DNA of 64,000 nt from a virus. Of this stretch, positions 47,105 through 57,546 are shown one piece after another. A model generated the notes under the pieces. It was not told the origin of the DNA and searched no databases. It was given only the letters and a program-made list of their open reading frames with translations. The position numbers and the translations under genes are program-made. Within the stretch, counting starts at the first letter, position 1; every line of letters begins with the position of its first letter. The stretch spans positions 1 through 64,000 of the IMG/VR virus record IMGVR_UViG_3300023063_000001; one strand, written 5' to 3'.

Positions 47105-47601
47105 GAAATCAAACCTGCAAGACTTGGAATCTCAGCCACCAAAGTATTAATAATATCTTCAGCTATAGAGGATGCACCATAGCTATCACCAAAGCTAACA
47201 ACACCTTCACTCGCCCTGATAATCCAAGTGCGAGGTACTACACTATCACCAAAGATTAAATCAGGTTGTGCTTCAATCCAGCATGTAGTAGAGAAAAACA
47301 AACTTGATCCCGATGTATCTTTAATAAATAAAGGAAATTTAGCAACGGTTGTAGTTTGATCTGCAATCAGAAAGTATTGAAGTATTTTACTTGTCTTGCT
47401 GACAGATGATAGAGTTAATTCTATAGTGTAAGACTTACTGGAATTCCTGCGCCTGTATTGAACACCATCTGTTGAAACACTGCTTGAAAAAGTTTGTGCG
47501 TCTTTACTAACCCTAACAAATGTTCCTGATTCAACATCTTCTACAATAATACCAAGGATGTTAATAGTTACACTGGTTGGATCATACATTGAAAAAGGCA
47601 T
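47101..47601 (-). CDS. tail tube-like protein (paralog 2)
   Basis: YDP.SV.I, KDTSG.SLF, RTW.I. Confidence 0.7.
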   Translation of the reverse strand: MPFSMYDPTSVTINILGIIVEDVESGTFVRVSKDAQTFSSSVSTDGVQYRRRNSSKSYTIELTLSSVSKTSKILQYFLIADQTTTVAKFPLFIKDTSGSSLFFSTTCWIEAQPDLIFGDSVVPRTWIIRASEGVVSFGDSYGASSIAEDIINTLVAEIPSLAGLIS

Positions 47602-47652
47602 ATTCTCTCCTTATCTGGAGAGGGGCAATAAAGCCCCATCCCTCTTCTTTAT

Positions 47653-48186
47653 TTAGCTAATCCATTTGGCTGGAATAGTTACACCTAAGCTAGCAGCTTC
47701 GTCAACCAAAGCACCATCAACTTTACTGTTACCACCAAGAATATCTTCAAGCTTGTTAACACGTACCACCCACTCACGGGTTTCCATTGTGTTACCATAC
47801 ATTGCATTTGGTTTAACAGCTACATAAGCTTGATAACCATAGTGTAGCGAACGGCCAGATGTGTCTTTAACAGTAATAGAGAACAAGTTATCGCTTGACT
47901 TACCACGAATGTCACGAGCAAACAAAGCATCAAGAATATCATTGGTATCTGAAGTCATCTGTAGTGGGATGGTAATGTTAGCTTTATCCCAAACAGCATT
48001 ATAGATACGAGTTGTATTGCCGTAAGCCCCAACTGATTCAGACCAAGCGTCTGAACGCTCGATTCTCACGATCTCTGATTCGCTCACACCGTCAACAATA
48101 TGTGAACGAGGGGCACCATTATTATCTTCCCAATCAAGAATTATATAAACTTGCGTGGGATCATAACTACTAAGCATACCACTCAT
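47653..48186 (-). CDS. tail tube protein (DUF3277-like)
   Basis: SYDPTQV, L.QTS.TN..L, KDTSGRSL, REW; follows sheath. Confidence 0.8.
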   Translation of the reverse strand: MSGMLSSYDPTQVYIILDWEDNNGAPRSHIVDGVSESEIVRIERSDAWSESVGAYGNTTRIYNAVWDKANITIPLQMTSDTNDILDALFARDIRGKSSDNLFSITVKDTSGRSLHYGYQAYVAVKPNAMYGNTMETREWVVRVNKLEDILGGNSKVDGALVDEAASLGVTIPAKWIS

Positions 48187-48213
48187 AGTAAATTCTCCTT
48201 ATCAATCAGTTGG

Positions 48214-49236
48214 TTACACATGCACGGTTCCTTTTATAATTACTTTTTCGACGGCCCCTTGTAGGGTTGCATCAAATAAGAAGTCACCGGCAATACGTTG
48301 CAGACGTTGGTTCTCCGGGATGTCACTCACTCTTGGGACCGTGATTGTGTAGGTACTATAAGCACCATTGGTCACACCAAGAGCTAGTACAGAACGCATC
48401 TGAGCTTCAACCAAAGCAAATCCTGCATCGGTGTACGGAACTTTAGGCTTGCGAACCAACATACCAAATACTGACTCTTGCATACGGGCAATCGTCCAAA
48501 ACACAATGATCTGTTGATCAATTTTTGTGCCATCTGCCATCATATTATGCCGAGTGATGTTTACCCCTGCAATAGTGATATAGTAGGACATGTTCTTACT
48601 TTCTAGGTTAGTGCGAGCAGTCTTCGAAAGATTGTCTGCTGGGACACCTTCAAGAGTCTTAAATTCCCAAGTGTTAGCACCCGGAGTATAAGTCAACTGG
48701 CTGCCTACCCATGCAGCTTCTGGATAATATGTATCTGCTGCTGTGTGGAAAGTGGTGCTTGTTTGGTCATAACCCAAGGCTTTAAGCTGGGCACCAATAT
48801 CTGTTGTAGTCACTGCAAGGGCTGTAGCATCTTGGGTAGATGTGAAATATACTTTGTTAACCGTTGCAATATAACCAGCCATGGCCAGAACATCAGCAGG
48901 AACGTGTGTACCAGCAACCAAAGCAAACCAAGTACTGTTTTCAGCATCTACGGCTGTCAAGGCTTGTAGCCAAGTTTCTGTAGTTGGTACTTTACGCCCA
49001 ATCACTACAGTATTAGGAGATTGATCCTGACCAAAAATTGCTTCTGCCATTGTTAGAACAAGAGGAGCATTGAAGTCTTCAACAACCTCAGCGTAAGAGG
49101 AATAGGTACGAGTACGTGAATCAGTCCAATCCGTAAATTCGGCTAGAATTAGGGGGATCGTAAATGAAGCCGTGGTGATAGTTTCTGTCTGAGCACTGAT
49201 GCTGACAGAAACTACATCATCTAGCATATTAGCCAT
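48214..49236 (-). CDS. contractile tail sheath (DUF3383-like)
   Basis: F.Q...P....IGR, TW.FKTL.GV, KVPYTD.G, GAV..V.I.G.V. Confidence 0.85.
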   Translation of the reverse strand: MANMLDDVVSVSISAQTETITTASFTIPLILAEFTDWTDSRTRTYSSYAEVVEDFNAPLVLTMAEAIFGQDQSPNTVVIGRKVPTTETWLQALTAVDAENSTWFALVAGTHVPADVLAMAGYIATVNKVYFTSTQDATALAVTTTDIGAQLKALGYDQTSTTFHTAADTYYPEAAWVGSQLTYTPGANTWEFKTLEGVPADNLSKTARTNLESKNMSYYITIAGVNITRHNMMADGTKIDQQIIVFWTIARMQESVFGMLVRKPKVPYTDAGFALVEAQMRSVLALGVTNGAYSTYTITVPRVSDIPENQRLQRIAGDFLFDATLQGAVEKVIIKGTVHV

Positions 49237-49244
49237 TTATTATT

Positions 49245-49778
49245 TTATCCTATGCTTTCTGGGATTTCATAACGATCACCCGTGTTTTGATTTACGATTT
49301 TTACTTGTTTAATGTAATCCACAGATTGCTGCGTTATATACGCATAACTGAAAGTTACATCTTGAATAAAAGTTTGTATATATTTTGTATCACGAACTTG
49401 AGGAGCATTCCTGATAGATGATGTTCTCATCTTACCTAGATTATTCTCATTCATTCGTTCCCTATATATAGGGCTATTAAATCTTTGGGCAAAGTCATGA
49501 GCAAGATCACCTGCTGTACTTCCCTTGAAAGTAAACTGTACTTGAGCTTCATAGTTAGCAATAATATTTAAAAAGAAACTGTCACTATCTAGAGCAGTTT
49601 CAGAAGCTAGACTACTAACTTGCTCTCTCCCTATCTGATCAATACTAAGAATATGCATTCCTACATAAGGATCTGTAGGCTCTGTTCCACCACCATACAT
49701 CCAAATAACTTGTGATGTTGGGAACATAAAAGAAATAGTGTTATAAAGAGCACTTCTTAACTCTGTGTATGCAGCCAT
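49245..49778 (-). CDS. tail terminator / neck protein
   Basis: position before sheath; P..PY motif. Confidence 0.65.
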   Translation of the reverse strand: MAAYTELRSALYNTISFMFPTSQVIWMYGGGTEPTDPYVGMHILSIDQIGREQVSSLASETALDSDSFFLNIIANYEAQVQFTFKGSTAGDLAHDFAQRFNSPIYRERMNENNLGKMRTSSIRNAPQVRDTKYIQTFIQDVTFSYAYITQQSVDYIKQVKIVNQNTGDRYEIPESIG

Positions 49779-49801
49779 TGGTGCTCCTTACTGGTTATTC
49801 A

Positions 49802-50287
49802 TCAAGACTTTCCTACCTCAAAAGACACGTTGTCTATGAGTTCGTGTGTTTTTACTAGGGGATTATTAAAACCTTTTAACTGTATAGTTATACGGGAGTT
49901 GGGCGGTGTATCCCAAGCATCCATAGTACTCTGTAAGGCTTTTACAAAGGCAGGACCAAGCATGTTGTATGCTTTTAAAGCTGTGTCACCACTCACAACA
50001 GCATTGATAAGAGCTTTAAAGTTGGTAGCCGCTTTATCAGTCTTCATGTAGTCTCTAAACCCTACACGCATGAAAGGTCTAGGTGGTGTATAAGTTCCGG
50101 GGAAAGCAGCACCTGCACCGTTAACATGCCCATCTTCATTGAGGCTGGCCACAAATGCATGTGGGAGGTTATCGTTGTCTGGCCCATAATGGGTATTGAA
50201 CCAACCTATACGAAGCTCTGTACTCTCTAAAGTGAGTAGCTGTTTCTTTAGTTTATCCCAACCACTTTTATCAACTGTATAGTCCAT
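49802..50287 (-). CDS. tail completion / neck protein
   Basis: PPRPFMR, PPNS..TI..KG.N.PLV.T. Confidence 0.75.
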   Translation of the reverse strand: MDYTVDKSGWDKLKKQLLTLESTELRIGWFNTHYGPDNDNLPHAFVASLNEDGHVNGAGAAFPGTYTPPRPFMRVGFRDYMKTDKAATNFKALINAVVSGDTALKAYNMLGPAFVKALQSTMDAWDTPPNSRITIQLKGFNNPLVKTHELIDNVSFEVGKS

Positions 50288-50295
50288 AAAACACC

Positions 50296-50670
50296 TCAGT
50301 TGGGAGAAAGTTCTACTCTTGCAGCACGGCCTTCATAGTGATCACGGATTTGCATAGTCCAAACACTAGTTGCCATAATCTCGTAAAGATCACCATTCCA
50401 TGAGAATCTATCGGCCCCGTATTGCCCTTCTTTCTTTGATCTAATCAGATCAGATGTAAACACCCACATCCAACTTTTAGTTCTATCAGCTTCAGGAAGG
50501 AGCATCACTTGATAATCAGAGAAGGGGTGGATATTGGCATTGATAGTTACATCTTGCTCTACTCCTTCCACCCAATTACCATTTACATAACTACCTAAAG
50601 CATGACGTTGAATAGTGACAGGGACGTTATTAACCAAAGAAAAACTTGCAGTAGTCATCGTATGTACCAC
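50296..50670 (-). CDS. head closure protein
   Basis: G.YVNG.WV, LPEADR, AD...W.G..YE. Confidence 0.7.
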   Translation of the reverse strand: MVHTMTTASFSLVNNVPVTIQRHALGSYVNGNWVEGVEQDVTINANIHPFSDYQVMLLPEADRTKSWMWVFTSDLIRSKKEGQYGADRFSWNGDLYEIMATSVWTMQIRDHYEGRAARVELSPN

Positions 50671-51128
50671 AACGGCAAGTCAGGAACACCATAACGAAAG
50701 CGATCTAGCCAACCATAAGGAGAGCAACCATCCATCTCTACTTGTTGAGTTGTGTTGACGAGATTACCTTGATAACCACTGCGATCATATTGATTAGAAC
50801 GAACATCTTCTCTATCAATACCAGCAGCATAAGGCATTAAACTACCAAGCCCCAATGTAGGGTTTGATGTAATATTAGAAAGAAGAAGTTTATACCACTC
50901 AATGGCATTGCTCCAAACTTCATAATGTCCTGCTGTTTCACGGATGATAGACTTATTCTTAGCAAGGTCAGCAAGCAAAGCATACAAGGCAAATATAGTT
51001 GCTTGCCTTACACTCTGACCACCCATATCCAAGAAGTATTGGATTTCATCATCAATGAATGTGAAAGGGGCTGTGCTATCACCTATAAAAATTCTAACAC
51101 CCTGTATTGGAGTCAACATGGATGCCAT
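50655..51128 (-). CDS. head-tail adaptor
   Basis: VR..IGD......F.DDEI.YFL, PYA.GI. Confidence 0.7.
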   Translation of the reverse strand: MASMLTPIQGVRIFIGDSTAPFTFIDDEIQYFLDMGGQSVRQATIFALYALLADLAKNKSIIRETAGHYEVWSNAIEWYKLLLSNITSNPTLGLGSLMPYAAGIDREDVRSNQYDRSGYQGNLVNTTQQVEMDGCSPYGWLDRFRYGVPDLPLWYIR

Positions 51129-51137
51129 TTCAAATCC

Positions 51138-51434
51138 TTACGCTTTAATAGCGCGAATAATTTCATTGAGCTTATCAGCGATTGCAACGCTTGATGTTGA
51201 GCTTGTATCTTCAAACTCTTCAATACTAATCAAAGCTGCATACTTAACCCAAACAGCTTTCTTAACTTCTTCTTGCACTTTAGCTTTAACCCAGTCATAG
51301 TCAACTGAATCATCTGGAACATCTACAGTGTTGTTAATAGTTGTATCATTGATCACGATTTCAAGTTGGTCAATAAGGTCATTAACAGCAGAAGTAGGGC
51401 CAGCAAAACGACTTGGTTTAGTAAACCGTGGCAT
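51138..51434 (-). CDS. hypothetical head-associated protein
   Basis: 98 aa after capsid gene; C-terminal DKLNEII.A.K helix. Confidence 0.55.
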   Translation of the reverse strand: MPRFTKPSRFAGPTSAVNDLIDQLEIVINDTTINNTVDVPDDSVDYDWVKAKVQEEVKKAVWVKYAALISIEEFEDTSSTSSVAIADKLNEIIRAIKA

Positions 51435-51459
51435 ATCTATTCCTCACATTTAGAGAATA

Positions 51460-51479
51460 AGGGGTCAGTTAAGACCCCT
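51460..51479 (-). terminator. hairpin after major capsid gene
   Basis: AGGGGTC/GACCCCT stem followed by T-rich tract. Confidence 0.5.
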
Positions 51480-51495
51480 ATAAAACTCACTTATA

Positions 51496-52569
51496 TTAAG
51501 CGAGGTACAGACGTACTATGGCTTGTGGTCTAAGTACTGCGTTCAGCATGTTGGACTCAGACATGATTTCGATCTTGTCCATCTTGTCGCCCATGTACTC
51601 AGCGTAGTACTGAGACTGACCAACAGTGTTAACTGAAGGGAAAGTCAGAGCAGGAGCGTAGTAGGTCTGGAACATATCAGTCACACCCAATGGGAATGCA
51701 TAAGCATCGCCAGCAGGAATGAAAGGCTGTACAGCACCGTTTTGGTCGGTGTAAGTACCACGATATTCAACGAAGGTGATACCACCAAAGGTGAACACTT
51801 GATAACGAGCGTCAAGACCCATTGCACCAGTAGCCAGACGGTTAACCAAAGGATCTTGGTCACGGCGGAAGTACTTGTATACTTCGGTGATGTAAGGGTT
51901 GGTGATTAGAGCTTGGAACCAAGTTGGGGAACACAGAACAACAAAGTTTTCAACTACTTGACCATTCAACAGACCATCTTGTACAGCGGAGATGATTTGG
52001 TTGGTATAGGTCAGGGGATCGGTGTTAACGTTGGTGAGAGTGGTTGGAATCTCAGTACGGGTAACGCCAAACTCGGTGTAGTAGTTGATGGTGTTGCCGT
52101 AGGTGGTGGCCATAGTACCACTTGGAGCATATACGCTACCTGAAGTGATAATCTGCATACGCGCTACTTCTGCAAGGTTGGCATAGCGCTGACGCAGGTT
52201 AGCCATCTTACGAAGACGTACAGTAGCTTGGGTTTCCAGTTCCAGACCTTGGGCAAAGTTAGTCCAAGAGATGATACCTTGAAGGTCACGCGGGGTGATT
52301 TCAGTATCAAGTGGGAAGTGAGGAATCTTGAAAGGCATAACACCACGCTTTGAAGGCTTCAGAGCGGAGTTACGTTCATCCCAGTTGCGGTCAACAGGCA
52401 AGCCATCAACTTCAGTGAGGGCACTAACCAAAACGGTGTCTTGGGTAACGCCTTGCTCATTGAACAGGCCCATGGTGTTGAGAAGACCCCAGTGGTTTGG
52501 GATGTTCAGAAGTTGTTGTGTTAGTTCGGCAACCCGACCAGTGTTGTTGGGTAGAAAAGCAATAGCCAT
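51496..52569 (-). CDS. major capsid protein (lambda gpE-like family)
   Basis: 357 aa; IP..WGLL..MGLF, F.FGG..F.EYRG, SESN.L....RPQA; strongly biased codon use. Confidence 0.9.
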   Translation of the reverse strand: MAIAFLPNNTGRVAELTQQLLNIPNHWGLLNTMGLFNEQGVTQDTVLVSALTEVDGLPVDRNWDERNSALKPSKRGVMPFKIPHFPLDTEITPRDLQGIISWTNFAQGLELETQATVRLRKMANLRQRYANLAEVARMQIITSGSVYAPSGTMATTYGNTINYYTEFGVTRTEIPTTLTNVNTDPLTYTNQIISAVQDGLLNGQVVENFVVLCSPTWFQALITNPYITEVYKYFRRDQDPLVNRLATGAMGLDARYQVFTFGGITFVEYRGTYTDQNGAVQPFIPAGDAYAFPLGVTDMFQTYYAPALTFPSVNTVGQSQYYAEYMGDKMDKIEIMSESNMLNAVLRPQAIVRLYLA

Positions 52570-52597
52570 AGTATTTAGACTCTCTGATTAATTGTTA

Positions 52598-53017
52598 TTA
52601 GTAAGCAGTTTCAACAAGCACACCCTGAAGTTCCAGCAGACCACGAAGGGTCACAATCTGAGGGGCAGTGAGTTGAGTGTTGTTAGCTTTAATCAGGAAG
52701 TCAGAAAGAATGACTCCGCCACGAACGAAAGCAACAGCAGGGGTAGCGGTGGCAGCAACAATGTTCCAAGTGGAACGGAAGCTATAACGATCACCAAACA
52801 CTACAGCGAAACGAGCACCGGTAGCAGTGAGGTCAGCAGCAACTACCAAGTGGTAGGAAACACCAGCATCGGTGGAAGCAACAACAGTACCCAGCGGGAT
52901 AGCTTGTGCAGCAACAAAGTTAAGGCTGATAACTTTGCGAGCATAGCCAATGCTTGGTTCGTGTTCGTGTTGTACTAGGTCGCCAAGGACATAGAAGGTT
53001 TGATCTAGAAATGCCAT
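52598..53017 (-). CDS. head decoration protein
   Basis: 139 aa between protease and MCP; GY.R......LGTV, RG.V.L. Confidence 0.75.
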   Translation of the reverse strand: MAFLDQTFYVLGDLVQHEHEPSIGYARKVISLNFVAAQAIPLGTVVASTDAGVSYHLVVAADLTATGARFAVVFGDRYSFRSTWNIVAATATPAVAFVRGGVILSDFLIKANNTQLTAPQIVTLRGLLELQGVLVETAY

Positions 53018-53034
53018 TAGGAAGATTCCTCGTC

Positions 53035-54426
53035 TTATTTAGTTTTTGTTTTAAATTGTTCAGCGATCAACTTTGCGAGATGATCTTCCATTGCTGGTGT
53101 AACAGCAGTGTCTACAACAGTGTCAGCACCCATTTCTTTAAACAGAGATGAATCACCAATCACTTTATTGCTCATTTCATGGCTAGCTACAACAGCGTCC
53201 ATCTGAGCATCTGACAAACCATCAAGAGAGGCGAGCAGGGTTTTAGCTGCTTCATCACCAAGGACGGCTGAAAGTTTAGCGGTGCGAGCTTCTACAATAA
53301 CAACTTTAGCAGCTAGTTCAGCAGTTTCTTTTTCTGCTTTGAACTGAGCTACAAATTCATTTGCTTCAGCAAGTTTAGCTTGAAGATCTACAACACCAGA
53401 AAGGGCTAGTTGCATTTCTTGTTCTTTAGTTTGAAAAGCTAGCTGAAGTGCGGACAATTCCGACTTAGCGAGTTCTAGTTCGTTCATGTCGAAACTCTCC
53501 AGAGACACTGATGTGTCTACGTTCTTGGTCATTTTAAATAGTTTGTCTTTTAGCATTGAAGAATCATTTCCTTTATTGCTTTGGGCTGTATCTGCTAAGT
53601 ATTCGTAAAAATCCTCGATGGACATTACCTTATCTGCTAGACCAAGCTTCAAAGCGTCTCCGGAGAGAAACGTCTTTGCTTCTGTGGCTCTAACTGCTTC
53701 TACAGAAATGCTGCGATTCTCAGCAACAAACTCTGTAAAACTGTCGTAGAGAATATCTACTTTTGATTGAATATCTTCTAAGAATGCAGGTTTGAAAGAT
53801 CCGTCATTTGCAAATGGGGTCTTGGATGCACCTGCCGTAATAAAGGTACGTTCATAACCTTCTTTCTCAAGAGCTTTACTATCATTAATTAACTGAACAA
53901 CTACACCAATACTGCCTATATCACTTTGAACATTAGTAATAATTTGATCAGAAATAGCTGTAAGAGCATAGGCGGCGCTGGCACTTAAACCATCTACATA
54001 GCTTAATATCGTGACATCGTTGGCTTGTGCATAAGCTTTGATATAGTTAGCTGCATCAAACAAACCGTAAGCTGAGCCTCCACCACTATCAACCATGAAT
54101 GCAATAGTCTTTGCACCATTATCAACTAGATAAGTAAAGTCAGCTTTAAGGTTCTGATAGCTAGTACCACCACAATCCATTCCCATCATTGTAACGGGTT
54201 TATCTGTAAGTGGGCCTTGGATGTCCATAACGGCTACACCAAGATCAGAGTTAAATGAATAGCGGTTTGTAACTTTGTTTGAAGGGCTGTCTTCATCGTC
54301 ATCTAGTTTAAAATCACTAGCTTCACGACTGTCTAGATAATCCAAGACTGTTTCAAAGGATTGAAGATGCATCAAATGAGGAGTGTTAGACAGCTTCTCT
54401 TTAATACGTAAAAGTTGATGAGCCAT
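53035..54426 (-). CDS. S49 prohead protease with C-terminal scaffold
   Basis: DSGGG, ASAAY, GSIGVV, GLADKV; coiled-coil C-terminus. Confidence 0.9.
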   Translation of the reverse strand: MAHQLLRIKEKLSNTPHLMHLQSFETVLDYLDSREASDFKLDDDEDSPSNKVTNRYSFNSDLGVAVMDIQGPLTDKPVTMMGMDCGGTSYQNLKADFTYLVDNGAKTIAFMVDSGGGSAYGLFDAANYIKAYAQANDVTILSYVDGLSASAAYALTAISDQIITNVQSDIGSIGVVVQLINDSKALEKEGYERTFITAGASKTPFANDGSFKPAFLEDIQSKVDILYDSFTEFVAENRSISVEAVRATEAKTFLSGDALKLGLADKVMSIEDFYEYLADTAQSNKGNDSSMLKDKLFKMTKNVDTSVSLESFDMNELELAKSELSALQLAFQTKEQEMQLALSGVVDLQAKLAEANEFVAQFKAEKETAELAAKVVIVEARTAKLSAVLGDEAAKTLLASLDGLSDAQMDAVVASHEMSNKVIGDSSLFKEMGADTVVDTAVTPAMEDHLAKLIAEQFKTKTK

Positions 54427-55947
54427 TTAATTTTCCTTATTTGAAGTAGATGAGTCTCCAGAGCTACCCGTTGCACTACCCGTACCTGAGGGAAGACCAG
54501 CCGCCAACCCTTCACCACTGGAACTGTCTGCTGGACCTAGAAGCTCATTAAGATCATCCTGACTCATATCCTCATCCACACGATCTGGAAGACCAATAAT
54601 CTCAGCAATGTAGTTAATGTTCTTAGGGGTAGGGGCTACAAGACCGACAGCTTTAGTTCGTTGCAAAGCGCTAGAGAGTGCGTCAATATCCGTGGCGTCC
54701 ACTTCACCATAGCAAAGCTTAGGCATATCTACAGGATTCCAACCATTAAGCTGTGCAAGCTGTTTAATCACATCATTATTGAATACATCTTGAATTTCCA
54801 TCAAGGCTGTTTCAACTCGTGTGGCTACAATGCTTGTCTTGTTATCAGCAAGGCTAAAAGAACCTGTATTGTTCTGACCCATCTTCAACACATCAGCAAA
54901 GAATGACATTAGAATTTCTGTTGAATACCTGTCAATGACAGCACCAACATCAAAGCTTTTAGCTCCCGTAACACCAGCCAACTCAAAGTTGAACATCTTG
55001 TTACCAGACTCATCATAGATGGTTGGAAGAATCAAACCCTCTTGTTCTTCACGATGTAAATTACGCATCACTTTCTTTAGGTATTCGTAGGTGGCTTTAT
55101 CAGAGTCAGAAGCACCTTCCACCATATATTGAACAGGGATAGAAAGAACTGGAAGCCCTCTCATATCCTTGCTTATACCAACAGCTTCAGCTTCTTCTAA
55201 CGCCTTCTTGAACTTCCACGATTCCCAACAATAGATAAGAGGACTTTCACCTGTTGGGCTATTCTTACGAGCGTTGGTTCTAAACAACATAAACTTTTCA
55301 CGGGGGATAAGAACTCCAGGTGAAATCTGTGTTGATTGAACAAACTGTGTAGTTGTTGGGTTATCTATGCCTGTGTTATTTACTTGCCACTGGCGAACAC
55401 CTGTTACATTACGATTGTTAGCATCCATTTCCCAACGAGCAATAGTTTCTTGACCACGACAATAAATACCTTTAAGACCAATCAACCCATCGTTGTAATA
55501 AGAGCCATTAATCTTTAATCTTTTTCTAAAAACCTTTTCACAGAGCGAAAATCCGTAAGTGTTAAAAGAAATAATCTCTTTAATTGTTTGAAAGAAACTT
55601 GTATCTAAGTCTTCAAAAAATACTTCTTCTAGAAACTTCTTTTTAGCTTTCTGATCTGGTGTGGCATTGTGAGGAACATCAAAGCTCCACTTAGTCTTGC
55701 TAATCATTGTTTCAACAAGCTGAATAGCAGAACTTACTGTTGCATCTTTACGCATCTGTTTAAATGTGTAAATGCATTGTGGCCATTGCAATTCTTGTCT
55801 GTAGCCATCTAGGATATTGTTTCCTAGTTCTACACCCGGTTGACCAGATTCAGTGAACTTGAGACGTGGGATTGTAGAATCCGTTCCCGTTGTTAATGTC
55901 GGCAACTCTGTAGTTGCCCCCACAGGAGCCTTTTTTGTTGCTGCCAT
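54427..55947 (-). CDS. portal protein
   Basis: 506 aa after TerL; YGFS..EKV, P.G.SPL, GS.SL. Confidence 0.85.
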   Translation of the reverse strand: MAATKKAPVGATTELPTLTTGTDSTIPRLKFTESGQPGVELGNNILDGYRQELQWPQCIYTFKQMRKDATVSSAIQLVETMISKTKWSFDVPHNATPDQKAKKKFLEEVFFEDLDTSFFQTIKEIISFNTYGFSLCEKVFRKRLKINGSYYNDGLIGLKGIYCRGQETIARWEMDANNRNVTGVRQWQVNNTGIDNPTTTQFVQSTQISPGVLIPREKFMLFRTNARKNSPTGESPLIYCWESWKFKKALEEAEAVGISKDMRGLPVLSIPVQYMVEGASDSDKATYEYLKKVMRNLHREEQEGLILPTIYDESGNKMFNFELAGVTGAKSFDVGAVIDRYSTEILMSFFADVLKMGQNNTGSFSLADNKTSIVATRVETALMEIQDVFNNDVIKQLAQLNGWNPVDMPKLCYGEVDATDIDALSSALQRTKAVGLVAPTPKNINYIAEIIGLPDRVDEDMSQDDLNELLGPADSSSGEGLAAGLPSGTGSATGSSGDSSTSNKEN

Positions 55948-55959
55948 TTTGGCTCCTAA

Positions 55960-57546
55960 TTAACGGATGTTGTTGAGAGGGTTACTGGTTCTTTCGAAAC
56001 CAAAAGATTGCATGCCGGAGAGGAAGTTTGGTACAGTGCGTTTGGATGCTACAGCTTCGAAGGCATCCGAGCACGCATCACATAAATCATCGTGACCTGC
56101 CTCGCCACTACGACGGGTTCCATCAAACACCTCCACTTGATTGTAAAAAAAGGATAAATCATTGGTTACCCCGTTTTCAAAATCAGTAGCACAATTCTTT
56201 AGAATCTTCATACCACCGTTCATTACAATAGATGCAAAAGGCTTAAACCTATCAGCTTTTTTACCTTGTGCCCTTAACTGTCTGCACATAAAACCGGCTG
56301 ATGAAATATCCCTAGATAAGACACTGTTTGTAAACTTAGCCCCAGGGCCTGGGTCCAAAGGGATAATTATATCTGTCCTTTTCCCATCTTGATAAGCAGC
56401 TTCAAGGATAAAAGGTAGCCACTCTCCCGGAAGAATACGAGTCTGCTTGATGTCATGAATAAAATAAGTACCATCTTTGAGGCGACTCATTTTCACTGAA
56501 ACTGTATAGTCCGGAGAACTGTTCTTTTCACTTTTCTTGGAAAAGGCAAAATCATAAGCGCGGACTGTGCAATCAATGTCTGTCCAAGCGGGTTCTTGAC
56601 TTTCTTCAATGAACCACTCGCGGCGCACCATGCCTGAACCTTCTTCGCGGGCCTCCCACGAGCCATAAAGAAGAATTTCTTTTTGTACGCGTGGCAATCC
56701 TTCAAGGAATGCTATATAATTATCTTCAATGTATGGGTTGTCATAAACAGATGCTGAAATCCAAGCAAACGAAAGAGGTTTAATTTGCTTCTTATCCGTA
56801 TCCGGCAACAAGTCGCCAAAGGAATCTCTTCGTCCATGTTTCTCAAACATCTGATCCCGAGATTCAGCCCAAATCATGTTGTTGCCGTCACGGATAAACC
56901 AGCGCACAACACCTTGTTTAGCTGGGTCAGGCCTGCCAAAGAACTCACTTCCCTCTGGATATAAGTACCACCCAACCCACTTCTTCACCCAGCTATCAGG
57001 CGAGGGGTTCATGGTAGCCCTCATCACCGGTTTCATTTCTGCTTTTGTACGAAGGCGGGACAAAATATAAAGAAATTGACTTTCTTCAAACTGACAAAGT
57101 TCGTCTAGGACCGCTGAACTAATTTGTGCCCCTTGAAAATTGCCCGTATCATCAACACTTTCAAAGTGCGTAAAGGACACTTCAGCTTTCTTTTCTAAAC
57201 CCTGCACCGGTCCAAAGTTAATCTTCATGTCCTTGATTCGAACACGAGCATTTTCATCAAAATCTTTATATAGGCTTTTAGCTTCGTCCCAAATTGCTCC
57301 GGGTTTAGTAAGCATGGGGGTTGTTCGGCGAATCACAATACCCTTATAATTAGGTAAGTGAATATATTTCATGTGATGAATAAGCGCGGCAAAAGTCTTC
57401 CCTCCGCCAGCTTGCCCCCCATAGAAGATTATATCAACTTCTTCACCTTCTTCTGTCGCATACTTACTACGTTTTCCTGTACCATCTCTTAGATTTAAGA
57501 AGAGGGCTTGAGGTCGGCTTGCGGGGGCAATAATTTGTCCTGACAT
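55960..57546 (-). CDS. terL: terminase large subunit
   Basis: Walker A GGQAGGGKT, Walker B LDE, ATMNP, RNase-H nuclease D..., HDD..DA. Confidence 0.92.
   Translation of the reverse strand: MSGQIIAPASRPQALFLNLRDGTGKRSKYATEEGEEVDIIFYGGQAGGGKTFAALIHHMKYIHLPNYKGIVIRRTTPMLTKPGAIWDEAKSLYKDFDENARVRIKDMKINFGPVQGLEKKAEVSFTHFESVDDTGNFQGAQISSAVLDELCQFEESQFLYILSRLRTKAEMKPVMRATMNPSPDSWVKKWVGWYLYPEGSEFFGRPDPAKQGVVRWFIRDGNNMIWAESRDQMFEKHGRRDSFGDLLPDTDKKQIKPLSFAWISASVYDNPYIEDNYIAFLEGLPRVQKEILLYGSWEAREEGSGMVRREWFIEESQEPAWTDIDCTVRAYDFAFSKKSEKNSSPDYTVSVKMSRLKDGTYFIHDIKQTRILPGEWLPFILEAAYQDGKRTDIIIPLDPGPGAKFTNSVLSRDISSAGFMCRQLRAQGKKADRFKPFASIVMNGGMKILKNCATDFENGVTNDLSFFYNQVEVFDGTRRSGEAGHDDLCDACSDAFEAVASKRTVPNFLSGMQSFGFERTSNPLNNIR

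Noticed and set aside
52592-52978. 128-aa plus-strand ORF and many other antisense ORFs over structural genes
   Set aside because: Shadows of codon-biased minus-strand genes; no RBS or motifs.
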